Origin: the human T2T-CHM13v2.0 reference genome, Homo sapiens
DNA: 64,000 nt
NCBI RefSeq assembly: GCF_009914755.1
Contig: NC_060926.1
Strand: one strand, 5' to 3'
Shown one piece after another: positions 1 to 13,000 of this stretch; position 1 is the first letter of the stretch; each line of letters starts with the position of its first letter. Below the pieces are notes generated by a model that was not told the DNA's origin, ran no database searches, and saw only the letters and a program-made list of their open reading frames with translations. The position numbers were made by a program, and so were the translations under genes.

Positions 1-3000
1 CAGAGCCACTCACTATATTCCCACTCATATATGTGAAGTCAATCAGAATTTTCCCTTCACAATATTGGTCTTATGTGCTCATGCTTCTCCACGGCAATTG
101 CCATTTAATTAATTCAGACTCAGATATTTTGCCTTGACTATTTTCATAGCCCATTATTTGCTTGCCTTATTCCAAATAATTTCACAGATGGACAGCCATA
201 TACATTTTGCTGAGATTAATTTCAACCACATTCCAATCAAACATTCCATGACTCTCTCACTGTGTACTGGAAACATACATCTTAGCATTTAACACTTTCC
301 AAAATTTCATTGACACCTACATTCCAGAATTTACCTAGTACTTTTACATCAATGTATGATAAGTTCTCACAAATTATAACTATGCACTGCCATTGTTGTG
401 TCCCACAGTGTTTTATATTTGTACCTCCACTCATATTCTCCACTTCAAGTGGAATGTCCTGTCTCCACTATCACCGCCATCAAAATATTAATCTGCTTTG
501 AGACTTCTTTTCAAATTCCAATCATTTCATGAAGCCTTTGCTGATAAACCAACTAAGCAGAATTTCTTACTTCTCTGAGAAACAGCACTAATAGCACTTT
601 GTGGGCATGTCAAGTAGAGGAAAATGAAGAGTAACAGTAGGTCTTAGTTTCCACAACGGCGAGATTTCTAAACTCTTTCTTTCCAATTCTCACTCTTTGT
701 GAACAAACGGTCTGTTGCATAATAGAGGACAGAAAAAGCATCACTTCAGAATGTCTTTATCAAGGGGAATGAGATCTCAAAAAAGGCTTTAGCGCCTTGG
801 AGAGAAAACGGAGTGAGTTATCAGATCAAGCTAACTCAGCCTAGCTATTTCCCAACTTTCAATATGAAATTATATAGAAATGATGGGCAATTTGGGGCTT
901 TCATTTAGGAAAGCAGTGGCACTAGGATTAAAATGTAGCAGGCAGGCTATTTCCAGAATTGAGTTAACTTTAACTCATTTCTAACCTTCCCATATAAAAA
1001 TAACAGACTGACTACTAACCTATACTTTTATGTTCATTGTCCTATTTGGCAATACCTCTGTAAAGATTTTTAAGAAACCAGAGAACAAAGACTGTGGCTG
1101 ACTTATCTCTATGTTCTAAGTCATCAAGAAGAGATAAGTAAAGATATTTGATAAATATTTACTAAATTAAAGTCTCCCCTGTCAGGCTACCCCTTAAATA
1201 TTAAGTATTACTAACAATTTATAGTGCACATCTTTGGTAAATAATGTGGCATTCCCTTTTATTTATATGGTACATGCAAACATCTTAACATAACATTAAT
1301 TCCTCAAGCTCAAGGTGTAAAGTGCATTCTTCCATTATTGTAGTATATGTCTCCACATATAGTGCCACAATGCCTAGCACAAAACCGAGATGGATCGGCT
1401 CAAGAAAGCTTATTTATTTGATGTTTCAATATAGTAAAAAAAAAAATGCTGTTTTTTAAATCTATTTTCAGATTAGCAAGCTAAACAGAGAAAAAGATAA
1501 CACTCAAGAAACTGCCTATATGTAAGAGATTCCTTTGAGAACTTTCAAATGGCTCCTTTCTACAAAAGACCTGAGAATACTTAACCCCCCACCACTAGCA
1601 CACTCAAAGCTCAAGGCAAATGCATTTTCAAGATTGACAGGGTCTTGGACTCTGAAAGTCTTTGGTGAGTATTGCCCTGCAAGTCTTAATACTCTACCAA
1701 ATGAGTAAGTACACTATTTTCTGAAAATATTTCAAAAGGCGACATTTTTCTCATGTTTCCACTACAACCACCCACCCTCCTTCTTTACTGGCTCTCCTAA
1801 TGATTCTTCCAACCCAGCAGTAATGCACCGTGGAATCAGGTGAATGGTATCAGTAGCTTCCGCCCTTCTTTATCATTGGCACTATCTAATGCACAGTTTC
1901 TTTCCTGATGCCATCTGCCAATAAGCCCAAATACGTCATCTTTCATCTCTCCAGAAACCACAGGCTGCTTTATTTAAGTGCTATTCTAGATTTTAATTTT
2001 AACAAAAGGAATTAAAGTGCAGAGATAACTGCTTCCAGAAATACTAGCCACTGCTTATACTGTCTCTCCTTTACCAAAAGGAGACACTTACATATGCACA
2101 TACGCACCCCAAACTGAGTTCTGAAAAGCCATTCACTGGGGGTGCAATGAGTTCCTTCACGTGTTTTTAGTAAGATTGACTGGTCTACTCAAAGTTCTTT
2201 CAATACTTACTCTACAAAGCAATTTGTTTAAAACCCAGGGAGATTCAGGGGGTTGGTTGATCGGGGACCACAAGACTTACAGCTCCAATATTATTCAGTA
2301 TTTTAAATTACACAAAGGACTGCTGCTTTTAATCTCTGGGTGGGCTGTGACTGAGCTGAAGAGAATCTGTTTTTGGGTTCACTTCCAGGATGTCGGTAAT
2401 CTCTGTCTTGTTGAATATTTGTTTTTCCTTTTTTTCTGCTAAATATATTTCTTGGTTTCTAGAAGTGTTCTCTGATGTCAAGTGTTCATAGCAGAGAGAT
2501 CCCAATTATTTGGCTTCAATGTACAGTCAAGAGAGTCCTGTCAACCCTCATTAAATCCTTCAGTCTTATCTTTTAGTCAATATATTGAGCCTCCTCTAGA
2601 TGCTATCCTTGTTATAGATTTTAATCATCTTGATTACATGATTCTTCTGTTACAAAGTTCTATATGGGTTAGTACAATCACACAGTAATGACAAGTCTTA
2701 GAAATTTGCATGACATTTCCTAGGTTTTTAAGTTCTTTAACATACATCAGGCATTTTTCCATCAGCACAACCATGTGAGATAAAGCAGTTGATAATTTTC
2801 TTCAAGTAAGTAGACAAAGGATCCGAAAAATAAAGGAACTTGCTCTAGAAACCATGGATAATAAGGGACATTTAAAATGCAACCTCCAGAGCTTACATAT
2901 GAGACTTTAGTATAGTAAACTAAAATGAATACACATCAAATGAAAATGATATAATATCATATGTAAAAATAAACAAAGTTGGTTTAAGAATATATTCACC

Positions 3001-4265
3001 AATACCTCATGAGTGAAGCTTGTATGACTAGCAGTACTTAAACTAGTACTGCTAGGAGAGACGAAAAAATATCACGTGAAAAAAGCAGACCTTGGGAATT
3101 AAAAAAAAAAAAAAAAAACACACTAAGAGAAGAGATGTTTTGTTTTCAGTTATTGCCAAACTCCAGATCTAACAGTGCATTAGTTCATCTGGTCCTTTAT
3201 AGCTAAATGACATTCTGCACTCATTAGAAGATATGCAGATTTTTATTAGAGTTTTTCATTACTATACAAACTGACCAATTTCTTGATATTTTGACTAATT
3301 AACAAGAAAGTTGTTTATAAAAATGGAAGATTCTGTGTCCCATTGTCAAAACATCAGCATTTTGAACTAGGGAAGACATGTAACACTGAGATCATGTGTT
3401 ATGAAAAATATAAAATATATCCCAGTATTTGAGGAAACCGCCGGCTTCATCAGTCTGTGTCAGGGAATTAATTTTCAGTCATACATCCCTGCTGATATAT
3501 CTGAAACCTGAGAAAGTCCAATTTCCTTCCTTCATATGTGTCTAATAGAGTATGAATAGTTCAAGTGTCTGAGGGAAATCAGAGGCCGAGCTAGAGACTC
3601 ACTTTCTCAGTAACAAGGAGGACAGTGGCTTCAACCTGCTGCTGACAGAGGGGCTTGCATCTTCCATGCCCCAGGAAAGGTTTTCACACCTGGGTAAGGT
3701 GCAAATTGCAGTCAGAAGACAAGGGCCCAATGGAAATAGGATGGACTACTGGGCACAGGATGGCTTTCTGCCTACCCTTTCTCCTCTGCAAACCAGAGAA
3801 AGGGCAAAATTCTGTGGGTTTCTAGGGGAGGAACCTGGAGCTACAGCTCTTTGTTGACTAATCTCCTTCTCTTTTCCCTCCTGGGAGAGCTCCAGGCACA
3901 CGAATAGGTCCAAAGGTACAAAAACTTCCATTTAGGACTATGGAAGGCAACAGGAGAGAGGAGGTAATCAATTTGTGGTCCATCCCAAATTCCCTTTCAG
4001 CTAGCGACCTAAGAGAGTGGGATGGGGAGCCTCACCTGATGCAGTGGTAATTCCAGACAATGCATACTTGAGAGTCAGATATAAAGTGGTCATCCATTCC
4101 TGAGTCCTAAATGAGCATTTGCTGTGCATTCTGCTCAGAGCTCATGTATTGTGTAACAGTGAGCATAAAAACCACTGTTTTTAAAGTATGCTGTATTTAT
4201 GAAAATTATTGAACAATGATAAGGCTCACATCATAACAGTGACTGATTTTCCATTTAGTATTGAG

Positions 4266-4451
4266 AAATGATTCACAAGGTGTGGTCCTGGGACCAGCAA
4301 TATCAGCATCACTTTGGAACTTGTTAGAAATACAAATTCTTAGGCCCCACCCCAGACAACGTGAATCAGAAACTCAGGATGGAGCCCAGTTTTCTGTATT
4401 TTAGCAAGCCCTCCAGGGGATTCTGATACACACTAAAGTTTAAAAGTGATG
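4266..4451 (+). mobile_element. MER5A (hAT-Charlie MITE)
   Basis: Near full-length match to recalled MER5A consensus: GTGTGGTCC..GGACCAGC..CATCAC..GGAACTTGTTAGAAAT.CAAATTCT..GGCCCCACCCCAGAC..GAATCAGAAACTC..AAGCCCTCCAGG.GATTCTGA..CTAAAGTTT. Confidence 0.9.
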
Positions 4452-4644
4452 AGCATTTATGAATCTGCACTTACGTTCTTTGTATTTCCAATGCATTTAC
4501 ATGTCATTGTATTTTCTATGAATGTGAAATCAAAGAATGCCTTAGAAGCAACCATCATAAAAAAAATTTACAAACACTAATAATGCAACTACAAAAAAGA
4601 AGTCACCTTTATGTAGTAATTAATTTATTGCACATTGATAGTCT

Positions 4645-4812
4645 TTTAGAAAAAGACCAGGGATTAAATCCCAGGCTTGCCATGACATTGTGACTGTGGA
4701 CATGTTTCTTACCTTTTTCCAGTCTCAGGTTTCCTTATCTATACTGTACTCATAATCAAAGTGTTTCCATTATAGGATTGTTTTGAGGGTGAAAATGTAA
4801 ATACACTTAAAG
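4645..4812 (+). mobile_element. MIR SINE fragment
   Basis: MIR core-like string: AAATCCCAGG..TGTGAC..TCTCAGGTTTCCTTATCTATA..ATAGGATTGTTTTGAGG. Confidence 0.65.
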
Positions 4813-6129
4813 ATATAGTTTGTGTTTAATGTACATATACCTATGAATATTATCACATAGTTTTTGCATGAATCTGTGTAACAGTAAAAAAGTGAACATC
4901 ATAGGTGAAGCATCTTATGTTTAAAGGGTAAATTTTGACCACATGCATATAGAGATTGAGAATTATCCACAATTGGTATATATATCCACTCAGATCTATT
5001 ATATAAAATGGTATCTTGGCTGGGCAAAATCTAAGCTCAGATACTTCTGACAAGTGAAGTAGGACTATGCCACTTAAATCATTTATACCATCGATTGAGG
5101 TTATCTGGGGGCACCACGGGGCACCAGGGACCAGATTTCAGGGAGCAACAATGCAGGTCCCAAAAGGAAACTCGTTACCAAGGAAGTCAGGAAGACCAAA
5201 TCTCTTGGGCCAAACTGAGTAACAAAGCCATGCATTGTACATTTATTACCTCATACTAGAACTTATTCTGATCTCTTCAGTGGGCTGTGTGTACCCAGGA
5301 GGAGGGAGCTAGGTGTGGCCATTGGAAAAGCTGTGTTTCTTAATGCTGTGATACTTTGGAGTGCAAGGAACTTTGCTCTGATTCACATCTGAGCTTAGCC
5401 AAAACACACTATTCTACTCACTTCCTGAAATCAGTGCTATAATGAAGTGTGGCAGGGCATGTGGGTGTCTAGAGGCAGCAATGATGAGGAATGCAGAATT
5501 CTGACCTACCTGAGTGTCCCCAGCATGACTTGGTGTCCCTAGCTTGCTGGGATCATCAGACATGAACACCATGCCACCACTACAATTCTCTTCAGTTGAG
5601 GCAACTCTTCTACGGAACCCTAGCTACAAGTAATAATGAAAGACTATTTTTTTCCCCTTTGCCTGGGTAGTCAAAGTTTTATCTTATACCAGTGTTCATT
5701 TGTAGTGTGTCTTCATTATCAACTTAGGATATTTTTTGGGAAATGTGAAAGTACAAAAATAATGTGAGGTACAAACCCACAGCAGTACTTTGGAAGTCCG
5801 CTTAAGATATGAAGCTTAAGTTACAGCAGTGGATAATAACCAGAGGGCACATCTTTGCTTTGGAGAATACTTGAAAGTCTTGTGGGGAGGTAACCTTATA
5901 AAAGCTTGGATTTTGTAGTAAAGCAGTTGGGGACTTGGGAACAATGAATATCAGGTGTAAATGGTGATGGATCTATTTCTGTTTTCTCCATTAGGACCCA
6001 AGAAAAATCGTGTTATCTAAGAGAGCAGTTATTCTGACACAGACTGATATCAGGTGCCTGTGGCATGAAACACGGAAGAGAATAATAGCATCTACCTTAT
6101 AAGAAGACATACTATATTCTGGACCACAT

Positions 6130-6290
6130 ATCTGATAATTCTTACAGCCCTTTAAAGATAATCATAACTAGAATATTATCTTATTTTGTAGCTCATAGAT
6201 GTCAAAAGACTAGCTCATAATTTTATTGCGGATACATAGCAGAACCAAGATTTGAACTCAGACCTGTCTCATTCCACAACTCATTTTCCT
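6130..6290 (-). mobile_element. MIR SINE fragment
   Basis: Antisense MIR signature GCAGAACCAAGATTTGAACTCAGACCTGTCT. Confidence 0.6.
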
Positions 6291-6633
6291 TGAAGTCAAT
6301 AGATGCCACTGATCTCTAAATACCTACAAAAGGGGCTCGGAGGTGGAGAGGGGATGTCTGAGGAGCCTTAGGACTACCACCCAATGTTCTGTCTTTAGAT
6401 AGAGATGCTATCACCAATCTCTCTTTCACACATACTCCTCCTCTTCTCATTTCTGTTCGTGTACTTGGTTCTCAGTGTAAGATTTTGTTAGAAGAAAGAG
6501 GCATGTTGGTAAAATAAGAAATAATATATCAAAAATAAAATAAAATTGTTTGAAAGTCTCTGCAGTGCTTTAACAATGAAAGAAGTATCTATGCACACTT
6601 TATAGTTTGCTAAATACATAATTGATTAAGTTA

Positions 6634-6905
<272 letters not shown>

Positions 6906-7520
6906 AAGCTATGTAGAGTTATTTCTACAAATTGGGTTTAGCCATTGTTATATGAATATTTATTGCTCTTATATACAGTTCTGAGAACCCCTGAAATGAT
7001 TACTGAATATATATTTTAGGGTAAGGAGAATAACATGGTGCAATCATAGTCAAATTATTATGCCCGGATTGGTAAAGAGAGTTGATATCCTCACTCCAAT
7101 ACCCCCCACCCCAAACACACACATATCTTCAAATACTACTTTAACAAGTCTTACTCCACCCTGTGTGGATGAGTCACAAGGTTAAAAAGAGTTCAGGCAA
7201 ATATAACAAAACAACTGGCTGAACCTCATCACCTAGGCATGCCAGCAGGACAGAAGCACCCCAACAATTAAGACATCATATGGTAAGCTGTGTTGTGCAC
7301 ATTGTCTGCATTACAGAGTGGGAGAAAGAAGATCAATGTTGGCTCAAGTGGTCAGAAAAGGCTTCAAGAAGAAACACATTCATGCGGTAGATGACCTTAG
7401 AGAAGAGAGTGATACTGCTTACTAAAGCAGGATCCAGGTAAGCACTTGTCAAGCTCCTAGGGGTCTTCGTGGATTCAGGGATTTCTCAGTCACCATTACT
7501 ATAATGATACAGTGGGTCTC

Positions 7521-9803
7521 TGTATTAGCCCATTTTCATACTGCTGATAAAGACATGCCTGGGAAGAAAAAGAAGGTCAATTGAACTTACAGTTCCACAT
7601 AGCTGGGGAGGCCTCAGAATCATTGGCGAGAGGTGAAAGGCACTTCTTATGTGGCAGTGGCAAGAGAACAAGGAGGAAGATGCAAAAGAGGAAACCCCTG
7701 ATAAAACCATCAGATCTCGTGAGGCTTATTCACTAGCACAAGAACAGTATGGGGGAAGCCACCCCCATGATTCAAATTATCTCCCTCTGGGTCCCTCCCA
7801 CAACATGTAGAAATTCTTGGAGTACAATTCAAGATGAGATATGGGTAGGGACATAGAGCCAAACCATATCATTCCACCCCTGGCCCCTTCAAATCTCATG
7901 TCCCCACATTTCAAAACCAATCATGCCTTCCCAACAGTCCTCCAAAATCTTAACTCATTTCAGCATTAACCCAAAAGTCCATGGTCTAGTCTCATCTGAG
8001 ACAAGGCAAGTCCCTTCTGCCTATGAGCCTGTAAAACCAAAAGCAAGCTAGTTACTTCCTAGATATAATGGGGGTACAGGAATTGGGTAAATACAGCCAT
8101 TTCAAATGGGAGAAATTGACCAAAGAAAAGGGGTTAGAGGGCATATGTGAGTCTGAAATCCAGTGGGGCAGTCAAATTTTAAAGTTCCAAAATGATCTCC
8201 TTTGACTCTATGTTTCACATCCAGGTCACACTGATGCAAGAGGTAAGTTGCCATAGTCTTGGGCAGCTCTGCCCCACCCCCGTGGCTTTGCAGGGTATAG
8301 CCCCCGTCCTGGCAGTTTTCACAGGCTGGGGTTGAGTGACTGTGGCTTTTCCAGGTGCATGGGGCAAGCTGTGGGTGGGTCTACCATTCTGGGGTCTGGA
8401 GAAAGGTGGCCCTCTTCTCACAGCTCCACTAGATGGTGTCCCAGTAGGGAATTGGTGTGGGGGCTCAGATCCCACATTTCCCTTCCATACTGCCCTAGCA
8501 GAGGTTCTCCAAGAGGGCCCCGCCCCTGCAGCAAACTTATGTCTGGGCATCCAGGCGTTTCCATACATCTTCTGAAATCTAGGTGGAGGTTCCTAAAGCT
8601 CAATTTTTGACTTCTGTGAACCTGCAGGCTCAACACACATGGAAACTGCCAAGATTTGGGGCTTGCACCCTCTGAAACCATGGCCAGTGCTGTACCTTGG
8701 CACCTTTTAGCAACAGCTGGAGTGGCTGGGACACAGAGTACCAAGTTCCTAGGCTTCACACGGCACTGGGACACAGAGCCTGGCCCACAAAACCATTTTT
8801 TCCTCCTAGGCTTTGGAGTCTGTGATGGGAGGGCCTGCCATGAAGACCTGTGACATGTCCTGGAGACATTTTCCCCATTGTCTTGGGGATTAACATTTGG
8901 ATCCCTGTTATGTAGGCAAATTTCTGCAGCCAGCTTGAATTTATCCTCAAAAAATGGGTTTTTCTTTCCTACTGCATTATCAGGCTGCAAGTTTTCCAAA
9001 CTTTCATGCTCTGTTTCCCTTTTAAAATGGAATGCTTTTAACAACACCCAAGTCGCCTCCTGAATACTTTTCTGCTTAAAAATTTCTTCTACCAGATACT
9101 CTGAATCATCTCTCTTATGTTCAGAGTTTCACAAATCTTTGTGGAAGGGGCAAAACACTTCCATTCTCTTTGATAAAACATAACAAGAGTCACCTTTGCG
9201 CCAGTTCTCAACAAGTTCCTCATCTCCATCTGAGACCACCTCAGGTTGGACCTTATTGTTCATATCACTATCAGCATTTTTGTCAAAGCCATTCAACAAA
9301 TTTCTAGAAGGTTCCAAACTTTCCCACATTTTCCTGTCATCTTCTGACAGGAAACTCTTCCAAGCTTTGCCTACTACCCAGTTCCAAAGTCACTTCCACA
9401 GTTTGGGGTATTTTTTCAGCAACACCTCACTCTACTGGTACCAATTTACTGTACTAGTCCGTTTTCATGCTGCCGATAAAGACATGCCTAAGACTGGGAA
9501 GAAAAAGAGGTTTAATTTGACTTACAGTTCCATGTGGCTGGGAGGCCTCAGAATCATGGTGGGAGGTGAAAGGCACTTCTTACATGGTGGTGGCAAAGAG
9601 AAAAAGAAGGAAGATACAAAAGTAGAAACCCCTGATAAACCATCAGATCTCATAAGACCTGTTCACTACCACAAGAACAGTATGGGGGAAACTGTACCCC
9701 TGATTCAAAGTATTCCCACTGGGTCCCTCCCACAACAGGTGGGAATTATGGGAGTACAATTCAAGATGAGATTTGGGTGGGGACACAGAGCCAAACCATA
9801 TCA
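7521..9803 (-). mobile_element. Full-length THE1A-like MaLR provirus (LTR-int-LTR)
   Basis: Two ~350-bp direct LTRs (7521-7871, 9450-9803; TGTA..TATCA on +), a ~1.58-kb internal region, and a perfect 5-bp TSD GTCTC (7516-7520 / 9804-9808). Confidence 0.95.
8418..9329 (-). pseudogene. Broken MaLR (THE1-int) internal ORF remnant
   Basis: ORF pieces 9129..9329 (MWESLEPSRNLLNGFDKNADSDM..) and 8418..9047 (..LENLQPDNAVGKKNPF..) resemble the MaLR internal ORF; homologous pieces occur at 18189-18895. Confidence 0.8.
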
Positions 9804-9879
9804 GTCTCCTACAAACTCCTACAAACCAGAATCTCAGTTGGCAGTATCAACAGCATAGCTTAGATATTCTAGATGGTAC

Positions 9880-10060
9880 TTATTGATCAGGGAGTGTTCT
9901 CAGAACTTACCTTAGGCTTTTTACTACTCATTTAATCTTTACAACAATCATGGAAGGGAGGTACATCATTGGCATCATTTTATACCTCAGTAAACTGAGA
10001 TACGAGGAGGTTTTATAACTTGCCCACTATGCTAACTGCAATGCCATGGTCAGCAGAAAA
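9880..10060 (-). mobile_element. MIR SINE fragment
   Basis: CTCATTTAATCTTTACAACAATC..CATTTTATAC..AAACTGAGA..AACTTGCCCA, an antisense MIR core. Confidence 0.75.
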
Positions 10061-13000
10061 TTGTTTTTTTTTTCTTTTAAGATGCCTGGATACTGCATAT
10101 TCATGAATCCACACAAGGTCAGGGTTCCATTCTCTGACCTCTTTGCTGAGGAGGTACCAGAGAAAATTCATCCTGAAGATGAAAAAGGGTTTTGTGAGGT
10201 GGGAGAGAACGTGCGTGTTGTCTGAAGTGGCAGAACATAACAAGTCACAATGCAAGGGAGACGAGGAACTGCCCAGATCATCTGGTTTTTTTTGGCACAA
10301 TGCACATACCACGCAAAATCACACTCATACACCAAATCAAGCACTTTAATCACAATTCAAGAAGAGTTTAACAAAAGACTCAGGGATGATTTTGCTGATT
10401 CTCAGAGAGCACTCACTTTCTAAAAGGGCAAATCACTGGGGATCCATTTAGTGTTGTTACCTACGTAGAGTTTTACTCACTGTGAAACAGCATACCTTCC
10501 AGAGGCCTGACCTAGCTCTCAATTCTTCTGGCCTAGTTCCTGGGAAGGATTTTTATGTACCTTAAATCACATTCACATAAACACATACATGTACAGACAC
10601 ACACACTGGATGGGAGAATAATTTTAACCATATCATACACAATACTCAACATGAAGTGCTTGGAAATGGTGGTGTAGGAACAACCTTAGTAAACAGGGAA
10701 ACATGACTGGTTTCATAAAAACCCACACACACCTCTCTTTCTCCTTCCCCCATAAAAGAGCAAGACAAATATGCAAATTTAACAGGAAATTAAACAAAAG
10801 TCCATGAATTGCAATCATTACAAGCCTATTGCTATCGTTGGCTGTAATACACAAAATGGGATGTCCATTTTTTAACCACTCATTCAACACACGTTGATAT
10901 TTTTACTTTTGTGGAACTCTCAATTTATGTGAAAATAAAGTATTTGAAGACATAAAATATTCAGAGTACCATTAAATTGCTGAATTGACTTCTTCCTTTT
11001 CTAAATACCGTATTCATTTTGAACGGGCTAAGCAATTTGTAGGAGAACATTTGCCTCTTGACCTCCATGTATTATTCTCACTCCAGCACCAGTCACACAA
11101 TGAGAAGAAAAATACGAATATAACTGTTAATCCTGCCATATAGTTTGGCTGTATGTGCTAGTCACTGGCTTGTAAAACTAGAGGAAAAATATCAGAATAA
11201 AATTATTTCTTGAGCATTCCTTTATTGATAAATATTCAATAATATGAGTTTCTTTGTAGGACTTGCTAGTAATGGGGATATAACAGAAAACAGAAACATA
11301 GATCTTGTACTCAAGGAGCTTTGTGTGTTCAACAAAGTGTGTAACAACCCTAAATTTCAGATAATAGTATATCGTGAATTTATTTAAAATTCCTTTAATT
11401 CTATCTTATATCTGTTTCCATTCTATCATGTATCAACATCTGTTTTCTCCAAAATTGTACCATGATGACAGTGCCCTCATATTTTTTCATCCTCAGTGAC
11501 TTGATCATAGGTGCTGAAAATGTTTAGTAAAATGAAGCAAAATATGTCTTCTCATGAGTATCTACAAGAGAAAGATATAAGGCTATTTGCTTTTATTGCC
11601 ATCTGAACAAGGTTAGGAATTGAAAATATATGACGCATCCTTTTTACTCAAGCAGATGTGGCTTTTTTTGACTTTGCAGAGAATAAGTTAAAAAAGAAGC
11701 CATGTTCTGAAATTGATTTACCGCTCAAATACCAATCAATCAATCAACATGTCTTTTTTCTGAACCTATGATTGTATAAAGACACTAGCCCAGGCTCAGA
11801 TTTGGGTCAGAGATAAATAAGACAGTTTCCAGCCACATTTCTGCTTGAAAAGACAAGCTTGAAATATGCTAACAGATAATTAGCTATAGAAGTAGTGGGT
11901 AATCAGTGGGAAAGTAGCAGCCGTATAAGAGCAGCTGAGATGTGAGGGGCTTCCAGGGACTTGAGGTACCCCAGTGCTAATCCCTGATATCTGTAACTGG
12001 ATTCAAAAGTCAGAGGAAAAGGGATGTTGGCTACTCCAATATGACCCGATTGGCTCATACATGACTAATTAAAAATCTTTTTCCTTCACTTTTTTTTTTA
12101 TATTAATGACAGCTGCAGCAAATAAAATGTTCTATGTTAGTTTGTCACTGATGACACTTGCTAATTAGAGCAATTAATTTTACAGTGCTAATGTATGCCA
12201 TAATTCTAACTAAAGAATAAATGCAATACAAAATATTTTCCAAATTTCAGAAATACCTAGTTTTTATTTTTATAGGTAAATGATTAACAAGCCTACACAA
12301 CCATGTATGCCCAAAATAAGTTTAAATGTTAGGTTAGATGTGCAGCAAGTATTAGACATGATCCTAAAATGATACCCAAATCCTCCATGCATAAGGCTTA
12401 TCTCTGTTTTATATCATTAATCACTGACAGTGACCAAATGTGGGTCGATTGTTTTATCTCAGGATAATGATCTATTATTTGGGGCTACTAATCGCCTAGT
12501 TCACACAACTCAAGGGGATATGAATTAACAAGATGAGCAGACCGTAGTCAGGGCTACTGTGGTTCCAATTAAAATGCTGTTTTGTTGTTGTTCATCATTA
12601 TGTATGTTGAATATTGTGTCTTTACCTAAGGGATTATGTGAGGTTTGTAATATTTATAAAGAGAACAGCTACTCATCTCAGGGACTTTTCAAAAGTATGT
12701 ATTATTTATTTCCTGATCTACCCCTCCAATGTTCAATATCTTTAAGAACTGTGATTAATAAAACACAGTTCCAATTTGAACAGCCTGGGTTCTATTCGCA
12801 AAACATGGTTATTCAGTCCATTTCTATGCAGACATCAACAGGGAGAGTCGTTATCACCAAAAAAATGCATAAGCAACATCAGATATTTTGAATTAATGAT
12901 TTTGGAGAAGAGATTCATTAGACTCTTCGCTCATCCCTAAGTGGGACTTCTCAATTAAGTATGAAGAGATTGGGAAACAGAAGGAACTTGCACATTAAAA

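Noticed and set aside
7317-7443. Plus-strand exon-like segment ending CAG|GTAAGC
   Set aside because: Weak pyrimidine tract and lies in a probable antisense L2 relic; insufficient support.
9196-9858. Longest ORF in the window (220 aa, + strand)
   Set aside because: Runs antisense across THE1 internal and LTR sequence with a non-ATG start; a repeat artefact.
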